DNA of 64,000 nucleotides from Amoebophrya sp. A120 (lineage: Eukaryota; Protista; Dinoflagellata): the NCBI GenBank assembly GCA_905178155.1, contig CAJINV010000003.1, forward strand, positions 7,983,882-8,047,881, written 5' to 3'. Shown here in pieces: positions 50,301-61,335 of this stretch. The translations under genes and the position numbers were made by a program. Under the pieces are notes generated by a model that was not told the origin of the DNA, did not search any database, and saw nothing but the letters and a program-made list of their open reading frames with translations. Positions within the stretch are counted from its first letter, which is position 1. Each line of letters opens with the position of its first letter.

Positions 50301-52312
50301 AACAAGCACGCCTTACCGCACATCAATCGGCTACCTCTGTACCATCGAGAGCACCTTCCGCACGTTCCGGCCGAAGAAGACCTTCCGGAAGGAGCCCACC
50401 TACACGGCAGTCTGTCGTCGTCGAACCTGGTGGTCTTAGGGGGGTGTAGCTCCACTTATTCCCGCAGCGACGATTTGTACACGATCGACCTGCTCCGTAA
50501 GAGAAATCTCGTACAGCAGCCTCCGTCGTGCAGTCCGTACACTGCTTCTGCTTCGGAGAAAGTGCAGCAGGTGCGGACGGACAGCAGCTTGTGCTCCGGG
50601 CCTTGCTCTACTACTGCAGGGCCACCACAACTATGTCGGACTTCAACCTCCCCCGCGGGGAACTCTCCCGCTATCCGCAGGGCCGCGCCGACAGGTGCCG
50701 CGGATCACGTGGATCCGCTGCGGTGTGCCGTAGAGCACTTTCCGAAGGGATTCTTTCTGCAGCGAGGCCGGTCGCGTTCGCAGGGGCGTCAGTCTAGAAG
50801 TGCCTCTACTGCATCTTCGGTCCCGCGGCCGCAAGGGACGCCAGTACTAGTACCCGAGACCGCAACTTCTTCGGCTCCTACAGCAGCGTCAAACGTGCAG
50901 CTGACCCCCAACAACTACCCCCTTGTTCCAAAGGGTCGCGCTAGCAGTGGAAGCTCCTCGCTGCTCGTTTCGGGGAAGCCCCCCCCGGCGGACCAACTAC
51001 TTCCACAACACACCAACCGGAGCGGCCACCGGAGCATGCCTCTACAGCAGAACCGCAGCTGCTCGTGGCGAAAGCGCGTCCGAACGATGGCCCGAGTGAA
51101 CGGTGTCCGGGTGCGCGAGCTGCGGGAACTGAACGATACTCTGGACGATGTACTGTCACACACCACCACTTCGGACCACGACCCCCACTTACGGTATGAC
51201 ACCTCCTGCACTCCCAACCTGATGGAAACGAGTTCCAGCACCCTAGGCGTACTTCCGCCCACACCGGTGCTCGAGCACACGACCGTGCCTCCTCGAGCAC
51301 ACGAGGAGCCAGACTACAGCCACAGACCTACTTATCGCACGAAAAAAGTGTTTTACTTATGCAACGATTTTGCAAGTTTTGCATCACAGCTTCGTGCAGC
51401 TTACACATGACAAAGAAAACTTGCCATGCGAGACTCCTAAGGGAAAACTACGCACCTAAATATCCACTGTCTTGTATGTGTAGCAAGACTTATTTCCATT
51501 CTATGCGTCAGAAAACAGTTTTTTCTTGCGATACTACTTGTGCAGCAGCATCGGGCGGGGAACGGCATGGTGGAGGCGGATCTCCTCCTGCTTCAGCTCC
51601 TCTTTTACCTCGTTCAGGGGAGCTGCACCACATCACGATGAAAAGTGGCGGAGCTGCTGCTGCTCCGACTCGGGGTCGCGAAGACAGCACGGGAACAAGA
51701 ACTCCGGAAAATTCTTTTCCGGCCTCTACAACTGTGCAGCTTCCATTGATGTCGTGCGGTGGCGCGAGCCAGCAGGGCAGTCGCGCAAGCGAAGGGGACC
51801 CGCGGCCAGAAGCAGCAGTGGGACATCATGAGAAACGCCACTGCGGCAGTGCCACAAACAACTGTTGCGCCAAGGATAAGTCGTGCAGTCCTGTGGCAGC
51901 GCCAAGAAGCGGGCAAAGTCGAGCACCTCTGGGTCCGGGCGGAGCTTCCTGTGACGGGCTTTCGGTTTCAGCGTCACATGTGTTGCCAGGACCCTGTTTG
52001 CCCTCTACGTCGGAAGTAGTGGAAGTTCCAAAAGCGGCCCCTGAGGTCGTTGATCTCGGCGAGAGAACGCCTGTGCCGGGAAAAAGGGGCAACGACTCTC
52101 CTGGCAAAGCGTTAAATGGGCTGGGTCTGAATGGCGGGTCCTGTTTTAATGAATCTGGCGCTGAACAAGAAGTACTGGACGCGCAGCTCGGTTGTGATGT
52201 ACCAATGTACTCAATCGAGAGTCCCCGATCGGCGCCCAAGGTTGTTGTCACGAACTCCTGTGATCGTAATTTTAAGATTCTGCAAAAAGCTTTGGTCTGC
52301 AATCCAAGATAA
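47370..52312 (+). CDS. Very large Ser-rich low-complexity protein with an N-terminal coiled coil; unknown function
   Basis: 1346-aa ORF; coiled coil at about 48040-48310. A probable GC-AG intron 51319-51545 joins the 51359 ORF frame. Start uncertain. Confidence 0.6.
51333..51533. repeat. Intronic inverted repeat, 20/22 bp
   Basis: TATCGCACGAAAAAAGTGTTTT (51333-51354) versus AAAACAGTTTTTTCTTGCGATA (51512-51533). Confidence 0.85.
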
Positions 52313-53201
52313 CAGCGTCTGATAGATCGAATCAGGGTTCGATTCCGCAAAAATTAATAACAAGTGCTAGATTAAGTGCGCTATTCCTCCAGACGGTTTT
52401 ACAACACTGTCGCTGGAGCAGCTCGTGCTAGCACGAAAAAACAGAGGAATTTCATCTTTTCTGTGTATTTTTACCTTTTCAAGAGAACAATTGGCGAAGA
52501 TCCATAGTGCTGGTCGAAAGATAAGGAGACCACTCTGACGCAAGTTGGCTATATAGCAAAAAGACTAGACGGAGATTATGTATTCATACCTAGGGAACGT
52601 GGTGTTGCAGGCGCTTCGCAATGACAAAACATCACGCAGCAGCATTTACTTTGCAGCGACCGTCCGAAGGAGGTGTGTGTCGTATCTTTGAAAACGGTCC
52701 GCTCTGTCTCTACTTTTATCGATTGTCGTAGCTGTACCGGAAACAAAACTTTTTCCCAATTTTCCCTGCAGTAGAAGTATCTATTCATCTGCGCGCGAAT
52801 GGCCTGGCTTTCTTGATGATAGCACACGACGTTGCCATAAAATATACACCGCGAATCACAATTTGCCTATAGCCAGGTCCCCGTGATTAACCTTGTACCA
52901 TAAAGATTAGGTTCGTTTGCTAGAATTTTATTTTCTCTATCCTGTAGGCTCGGCAGAAGCTCTAGTGAGAAGTAAGTTATACAAGAGGCGATTCCGAATA
53001 AAACTAGCAGATTCTGTCGAATGAAAATTCTCCAAATTGCGCAACTAAGTGATGCTGTAACAAACAGTTTGTCATATTTTGCCACCGACCACCGGCCAAC
53101 TAGTAAGACCCACCACGGGAGCAAAGGGGAAGACGGGGGCAAATCTGGCAGATTCTTGCTTTCCGCGGCTTGTTGGTATTCGCACGGGATCATTCAACGC
53201 A

Positions 53202-53761
53202 ATGCTGGAAAGTCTAAACCGTATGGTGGAGCGCCACTCTCAGGGTTGGGTTCAGATTCCGCGAGAACCCAGTGAAGTCGAAGAACAGTGTTGGGACTGC
53301 CGCATCGTTGGTTCCATCGCTCTCTTATCCAGTGCAAAAGTATCGTACTCGTAGTAATTGCGTTTATGCATTACAAATCTCTTTGTTAAGGCAAATCTGC
53401 ATTACAAATTTAATTTGCAATGCTAAGTCAATTTGTCATGCAATTTCTACTAGTACGATACTTTTGCAGTTCATATCTCTATTCCACCTCTGCCCTTTCC
53501 TGGCGATGCTTCTTCACGTCACGACGAAATGACCTGGGCAACCGGGTTTTTTTCGGCGCTATGGGAGCGGCTTTTCTCGCTCTCGGGACGTACCGCGCAG
53601 TAACACCAACAAACCATGTTGAGTACGCCGGCAATCCTCGGCAAATAAGACAAGCGCTGCAGGGTGGACCATCTCGAAGCAGGGCCGCAAGCGCGCTACC
53701 CGAAGAAAGCGTTCCTCCGGCCGCGTCACCTTTAGCGACGGAGAGCCCAGCTAATCCTTGA
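53202..53761 (+). CDS. DUF4536/DMAC1-like small membrane protein, 2 exons
   Basis: CWDCRIVGSIALL plus a second hydrophobic helix RVFFGAMGAAFLALGTYRA. Intron at about 53334-53470. Confidence 0.65.
53330..53470. mobile_element. Introner/MITE-like intron with terminal inverted repeats and a direct repeat
   Basis: TGCAAAAGTATCGTACTcGTAGtAATTGC (53333-53361) pairs with 53440-53468 at 27/29 positions. CAGT direct repeat at 53330-53333 and 53467-53470. Confidence 0.6.
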
Positions 53762-54846
53762 CGCTTTTTGCCGGGCGTTTCACAGGACGGCAATGCTTGA
53801 CAACTCCCTTTGCCTTCACAACAAGTCGCGCAGGTTGAGATGCGAGTAGGCGATTGTTTTCAAAGCAGCTCTTTTGCGCCACAATTCCTGTCGCTGGAAA
53901 ATCTTCGCGGTGTAAATTCTGTCTTTTCATAGGTTCCAGCAGTGTTGCAATCACGAGCACGACCTATTCTTGTTTAGTCTGGGCCAGAATTTGTCCATCT
54001 GGAAAGCATACTTTCTACGATGGTGGCTTCGCAGAAGGAACAGGGGTGGATTTTGTGCTCCTACAACTCTATTTTCATCTATACCATGTTGTAATTATAC
54101 CCTTTCGGGTGAGGAGGCCCTTTGTACCTAGTACGGAATACGCTAGTTATTCCTCCTGTGCACCAGTCAATCTACTTCACGGTTACCAAGTACATTAAAG
54201 AAAGAACTGAGACTAAAATTGTATCCTCAAATAGTTCTTGTTTTCTCCCTGGTTATCCTGAATTCTTTGCTTGCAGCTGTGGATAGCAACATCTCTTAGC
54301 GGCCGTGGAAACAAACCGATGGGCGCATTTGCGAAAAAACCTTGCAAGTACCGGTCAAATCTTTCTCGTTCGCATCACGCAAGTATTATTTTATCCTGTG
54401 GCCTCTTGCGGTTTGCCGCTTGTGACCGCATTCGTCCACTGTGCAGCTGTCAGTCCAGGAAAATTTTCCATGTTCTCAGTCAAGCGGATGTTGGAGCCAA
54501 AAGTCGTAGAAGCCTCACACTAGGGCGGGGGACCACTACATGCCGGAGCCTCAGCGTCCGCACCATCCTCATTGTTTGGACCAACAACAAAACAGAGTGA
54601 CACGCGTTGCATTACTTTTTTTTCAGATCAAAATTTTTCGGTTGAAGTCGATCTCCTTGTCTATGTGCTTTAGCTTCTACACTCCAAGTGTTGTATTCAT
54701 CTGTGTGATCATTATGCTGCAACGTCGAAAGCTTTCCCCGCAAGTGGGCCAAGGAGAAGTTGTTGGTTCTTCATTTTGTTTTCGTGTGTGGTGTTGAAGA
54801 ATTTGAATTTCTAGAGCTAGACCCGTCTCCGTATTTTCGTCACGAC

Positions 54847-57283
54847 ATGGCGGTGTTGCTGCGTCGGTCGCGGATCTTACGCGTCTCCGCGAAGCGTGGG
54901 CTGCCAAAGGTTCATCCTTCCACAGGGCTGGTTTTGAAGAAAGGTAAGGGGCAACACATCCTGCACAATGAAGGCGTATTGGACGTCATTTTGGAGGCCG
55001 CAAGCTTACGCCCCGGTGTCGACACCGTGCTGGAAGTTGGGCCTGGGACCGGCGTCCTAACCTTGAAACTGTTGGAGCACGCAAAAAGTGTGGTCGCCAT
55101 TGATGTGGAGAAGGCCATGCTTCGTGAGGTTAAGTTTCGAGCAGAAAGCGCGGGACTGCTACGCTCCTTGGTCGCGCCATATGCTTCCTCACCTGGGGAG
55201 CGCGAAACAGAAACAGAAACACACCACGATGCGACCAGTTCGGCGACCAGTTCGTCGGACCCTAAAAAAGGTCTGGCTCTTTCTGCTCGGAGTCGAGCGA
55301 GCGGTGAAGTCGATCACATGTTCGTGGTGGAAGAGGATTGCGATGATGCAGCCGCACCCTTTGCACCGAGCCTGATGCTATCCAGTGCAAGTATATCTGG
55401 GACGGGAAGTAGAATGAGAGGTTTGGCGTGCTCGGCTAGCATGACTCTCACGGCTGTCTCATACACATGACCTCCCAAAAGCCGCACTTTTCTGTTCTGC
55501 ACAAACGCTTTATTTTCTCATGCAGAATACGTAAGCGGTACTAGCTCCAACGCGAACGTCTAGCAAGGCAGAAACTTGTCATGCTGGGCCATCAAAAATT
55601 GTGGCGTCCTCATGATTCGCTAACGAACATGACAAGGCGGCCGATCCAGATGTATAATTATTTTGCGTTTGATAGCTGCCGAGTTGGAGTTCTGGTTTGG
55701 CGGGGGAACAAGTAGGAGGAGAACTAGACTTGGACCACGACACAGGAAAAGAACCGCAGGCGGCGACGCAAAGGGCGCAGGAGCTATTACCGTCCGACTC
55801 ACGGGCGACGTTATTTCCAACCGTGCACCGCAAAACGAAAAAGATAAGAAAAAAGCGTGGGGTGCTCGATGAGGAAGAGGATGACGGCGAAATAGGGACA
55901 GAACACCTTGGTACAACGTCGTGGATTCCACAAGAGCAGAGAAATCCGGAGGGAGCGAAAAAAAAGAAGAAGTTGGCACAATGCATGTACCCTGAGGAAC
56001 TGCACCGCGACATGAATCTCCGACTTTATCACGGGGACGTGCTCGACCAAAGAGTCCAGCAGCCCTTCGACGTGTGTGTGGCCAACCTGCCCTACAAAAT
56101 CAGCACAAAGTTTGTGTACTGGCTGTTCGGCCTGCTCGGCTCGCCCACCTCCCGGTGGAAGCGGGCGGTACTCATGTTCCAGGCGGAGTTTGCGGAGCGC
56201 CTGTTGGCCGACCCGGGAGAGCATAAGTTCAACCGTCTTTCGATGAACGCACGGTTGTTTGTGAAGACCGAAAAGATCATGGACGTGAAGGCGGGAAGCT
56301 TCATTCCGCAGCCGCAGGTAAAGAGCACCATCGTGCGATTGACACCCAGAAAGGAGTTTTTGTGCGCAGTCTCTAGTACTACGCCCTCGAGGAGCAGCTC
56401 GGGCTGGCCGCTGATGCCGCTTGCGGCGGGAAGTGCTTGCTTTCCATCACAAAATATTGGCGGTGGTTCAGTACAACGGAGTTCAGCTGGTCCCGGTCCC
56501 CCCCTCTCGGAGGAGGAAGATGAAGAGCAGCGAGGAACAGAGCATCGCCCTGCGGACAGCACTGGTATTCATTTTGCACAGCAGGGAAACAACGCCAGCA
56601 CGGTTTCTTTTGTGGAATGGAACACGTTTATGAAGATCATTTTTCAGCGCCGCAAGCGGTCATTGAACGCGACGTTCCGACTGCGGTGCGTCCAAAACTT
56701 ACTGGAAGAAAATTTTCGGCAGTACTGCAGCCAGTCCGGTGGCGATCGGCCCTTGAGGATGATCGGACGGACCGTGCGAGACATTTGCTTGGAGCGAATG
56801 GGGGAGAAATTGGCGGGCCGTTGTGCGGCGGAACTTGACAGCCGAGTGTTGTTGAGGCTACTGCGAGATTTGCACTTGCATGGCATCTTCTTTCACCCGG
56901 CAACGGTCACCGCTGCTGCTTCGGAAAGCAGAAATTCGCGGAGGACCTCCCATGCTGCTGATGCGGATTTTGGCTCGAGTGGAAATAGCGACAGTGCTGA
57001 TCCTACCGAGACGAGATCCGCCGTGAACGAAGCAACGAGCAACGCTGAAAGTGAGTTGCCGGCGACCCATGCGATTGGGGCAAAGGTCATGCATTTCCAC
57101 GACAAAAGTTCTCTCAGCAGCGAACCTCCCGCATCAAGTATTTGCACTAGCGACGAGGAAAACACAGAGGACTGGTACAGCTACAAGTCGAGTTGCAGAA
57201 CAGGCGACGGTGAGATATCGAGCACCGAAAATCTCAAAACGAGTTTCTCGTACCGGGGTGGCTGTCGAGCTAGTCCAAACTAA
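54847..57283 (+). CDS. DIM1: DIM1/KsgA-family rRNA dimethyladenosine transferase, possibly mitochondrion-targeted, 2 exons
   Basis: KGKGQHIL, VLEVGPGTG.LT, FDVCVANLPYKIS, AVLMFQAEFAERL, SFIPQPQVKS. GC-AG intron 55387-55675. Arg-rich, acid-free N-terminus. Confidence 0.9.
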
Positions 57284-58173
57284 CCAGAAACACGGACATC
57301 GACGGCGGTCTTGCATGCATGTCGGCTATTGGTGGAGTTGTGGCGAAGCATCGACAGGCGGGGGTCTCACTGACCCGTGATGCATAACATATAACGACAA
57401 GCAGGATTGATCAGGTTTCACGATACCGAATAGTCGCAAGTTTTTTACAGTTCTGTCTAATATGTGGTCGGTGCGATCCATGTAGTCATCCTCAGTCCTG
57501 TGCCTCTCCTCACTTCTTACAAAAATTTCAGGGGACATGTGGGTACTTCGCATTCTGTACAAGTTGTAACTTACGGCATCTGGCTTTATGATGAAGAGAA
57601 TATCTACGATGAAATTGCTGGTGTTGTACGAACAATGCGTCGGGAGCCCTTGATGCTCGATGCGCTTCCGAGGAAAGATTCCAGATGTGCCTCCTGGTTT
57701 TCAGGGAAGATCATCGTAGAAAAACACGCTTCAGATTAAATGTTGAGCGGTCTGATATACTACTTTTCATCTGCGGAAATGCGCAAATCTAATCCCCGTG
57801 TCTGTTCAGAAATTTTAGAGTAATGGAAATGTTGACGCCCATGACGTCCTCGTTGTGTTCAGGAATGGTTCTTCCTGGCCGAAGATCAGAAACTAACACA
57901 GTAACATTTTCGTGAACTGCCAGCGCTAAACAACGTAGAGAACAACGCATGTAAGTAGAACAAGGGACATAGAAGTGATAAGTCTTATGTTGTCGGAGAG
58001 AGGAAGACCGAACAAAATTATGTGGCACTACTGCGTTTGATCGCGCGTGACCTTTCGACAGGCGGAGGACAATCTCGACGCGACTGAAAATCGGTCGCAC
58101 AATATAACGCCGACAAAGAGGTTCAGGGTGCGGCAGTCACTGAAGTAGCCACGTCGCCGGAAAAAAAAGAGGA

Positions 58174-60425
58174 ATGCCTCCGAAGTTGAAGTTGGCGTCT
58201 CCGGAGCTGGAAGCGATTGTTGCAAATCCCGCAAACCAAGAATGCGCAGATTGTGACGCACGAGCGCCAAGATGGGCAAGTGTACGAAATTTTGGCAGAG
58301 TTTTCATCTTGCTTTGACATCCCATGTAAAGGGGAAACATGCAAAGGATGGAGCCTGTTTATACGACCTAAACCACTTGCAACTCAAAACAGGTAAACCT
58401 GGGCTGCCTAGTGTGCATAGATTGCGCCGGGATCCATCGCCACCTCGGCGTTCATATTTCCGTATAGCTTCGTTTGCGTTGAAAATTTCAGTATGTATAG
58501 GGTCATAGTCCCTTTCCCATTTCACCTCACGAGAGTAGAAGCACGTGGTGTCTCGAACCATTTGATGATTTCAAAATCAAAAAGGATTCACATTTCGCCA
58601 GATTCAGGATTATGCATAGTCGTGAAGTTATTGATTACGAATGGGAATGTAACTCCCTGAAAAAATATCGCAGGTGATGAAGAGTGTAACGCTTGACAAA
58701 TGGCAACAGAAATGGCTGGATAATTGCGGAAAGCTTGGGAACAAAGTCGTCAACAGCTACTATGAGTATTGATAGGTTCTTTGTTTTTGTTCTCGTGCCT
58801 TCCCTGCGTGTCTGTATGCATTGACAACTACACAAATCCTGAAGATAACATCATTTGAGCAGGAAAGAAAATCACATAATCAGGGCGCTATTAAGCGGGA
58901 GCCGCAAGCCGACCGCGCAAAGTTCAATTGAGACGAAGCGTTCGTTCGTCATCGCTAAGTACGAACGCAAGGAGTGGTGCCCCCGAGGGTCCAACCAGCC
59001 TCCGCCCAACGAGCTGCTAGCTCAGGGAAGGGATCCAGAATGCTACCTGAACGGGACTGCAAACGGCGCGTCGGCGAACGGACACGGGGCCACGGCTTCA
59101 GCCCGCACTGGGGACCCGCGGATCGACGACTTTTACGCCGGGTCCCGGAAGAACCATGCAGCGTCGTCCAATCCGACGAGCAGTAGCCGTGGCGCGGGCG
59201 GCGGTGGCGCAAAGCCCTCTGCGCCGGCGAGCTTGCTAGACGACTTTGGCGACTTCGGGTTTCCTGCCGCCGGAGGAGGGCCCGCGTCCGGATCGGACGA
59301 CTTCGGAAGTTTCACCGCATTGTCCGCGCCGCTGCAGCCGCAACCAGCGGCCCCCTCCAGCAGCATCGACGACTTGTTTGCGGTGACCAACACGAACAAC
59401 TCCGCGGGTGGGACCGATTTCACGGCGTTTGCGTCCTTCCCGACAACTTCCGGCCCCGACGCCACCGCGGGCGGCGGGTCTGCGTCTTCGGGAGCCTTTT
59501 CCTTTCCCACCGGCAACGGCGCGCCGGCTGCTCCCGCCACCCAGGCAGACAAACTTGCGTCCTTCAACAGCAACCTGGCAAACTTGTACTCCAGCGGCAC
59601 TGCGTACCAGAATCGGGGTAACATGGACGCCTTTGCGGACGCCTTCGGTGCCGGTCAGCCGCCCGGGGGTTTCGGCGGTGGCAACATGGGCGGCATGAAT
59701 GCCAACCCGATGATGGGCGGTAACATGGGCGGCGCGCCGTTTCATGGAAACGGCTTCGGGGCCGCCGGCGGGGCCGCGGGTATGAACCCAATGATGGGGC
59801 CGCCCGCCGGGGGAATGAACATGAATTCCACAAGGCCGCAATACGGCATGGGCGGTAACCACCCTAGTGCAGGCAGCAGTGCAGGAGGTCAACATCTGGG
59901 CGGACCACCAAACAACATGCTGCATCCCTTCAGCAATCCAGTTGGTCAACCACCAGGAGCGGCAAACAATTTGAATCCCATGATGCAGTTGCAGCACCCC
60001 AATAGCGGAGGTAGCGCCAACAACCTCAACCCGTACATGAACATGCATTCAGGAGGCGGGTTGGCGGGGATGGGACCCCCGCAGCCCGGGCCCGGGCCGA
60101 CCTACACGGGAAACGGCGTGGCCAGGAAAAGCGGGGGTCTCGAAGACCTCATCGCAGGGACGGTCCCATCCCAGTACCTTGACAGCTTCGCGAGCAATTC
60201 TCCAAAAAGTACTTTGTTTTTCTTTCGCAATTTTCAATGCAGCTCCGTGTGTTTGTTTTGCTGTCAGCTAGGAATAAATACGTAAACGAATAGTCCTGCT
60301 CGTGTTAAAAGAGAAAATTTAGATTTGTAATTGCACAAAATAAAAACACCACAGATAAATCGAAGAACTCGCCGAAGAGCGCACAGGGGCCGCTGCATGA
60401 CATAGATCCCTTTTCGGTGTTTTAG
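58174..60425 (+). CDS. ArfGAP (SMAP-like) with G/M/N/P-rich tail, 5 exons
   Basis: CADC..[36 protein letters not shown]..GN....YYE..FVIAKYE. GT-AG introns 58282-58392, 58462-58673, 58766-58883, 60209-60354. Confidence 0.92.
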
Positions 60426-60760
60426 TCAGATGCACTGGGTCGTGGTTAATGTATGTAAATGCTTTTGGAGATGGTAACGACAGACGACAGCGCACCCGAT
60501 GGGCTTGCTTCTTTTCCAATGAACCATATCGCAGCGACACTTTCAGTTTTTTGCGGCACAAAACGAAAGGATACGTATTCATTGACAGTGGTTAGCGACA
60601 CAAAATTCGCCGCAATCCGCATCGGCCTGGCTCAGAACCCGTCCTATAGATGCGTTTCCTGTGATGTTGTAACTGCAGGCGCAGAAAATTTGGCGCCGTT
60701 CTTATAATGCACGTAAATCAATGGTCCTCTAATATCTTAATCTTCCTGCGTGGTCACTTG

Positions 60761-61083
60761 GATCGCAAACCCATCATCAAATGAGTATGAAAGACAAAGA
60801 GGATGCAATTTAGGATCACCAAGACGCGCTAAGAAAATTGGATCCAAGAACTAATAGATCGGTTGTGAGCTAGACCCTAGGGGTTGGATCACTGAGGAAG
60901 ACTAACTCGTCCCCAGGGGTCCCGTTCCGGCGGACTGAGAAAAAAGAAGTGGTCATGGTCTAGATCTTCGAAGTTAGAGAAGTAAAGAAAAAGATCAGGA
61001 AATGAAATCCACGCGCAAAAAACAGATCAAGTGATCAACTGACAAGATGGATCAAGTCCCAAGGATCGAAAAAATCTGTGATC
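60761..61083. other. Intergenic GATC-dense, purine-skewed segment
   Basis: GATC at 60761, 60814, 60841, 60857, 60887, 60963, 60993, 61025, 61033, 61050, 61064, 61080. Confidence 0.8.
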
Positions 61084-61335
61084 TTCATGGGTGCAATGTA
61101 AAGTCAAGTAAGTTCCGTGTACTTGCGAAGGTGGTGTTAAACGAAGGAATGGTTCACATTGGTCTCTGGCAGCAACTTGGGTGACAAAGTGAAAAAGTTC
61201 TGAAGTATACTGTTTTGACCTTGTTGAGTAAATGATTTGTTGCGATAATTGGACTGCTCATTGATTTCAATCTTTTCATAGTAAAAAAGTAAGTACTTAT
61301 TGTTGATTCCTTGACACAAGCCTCGCATTGAAGTC

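Noticed and set aside
60761-61083. Bacterial oriC-like contamination (GATC cluster)
   Set aside because: Flanked by eukaryotic genes (the upstream one intron-bearing), and no DnaA-box array is visible.
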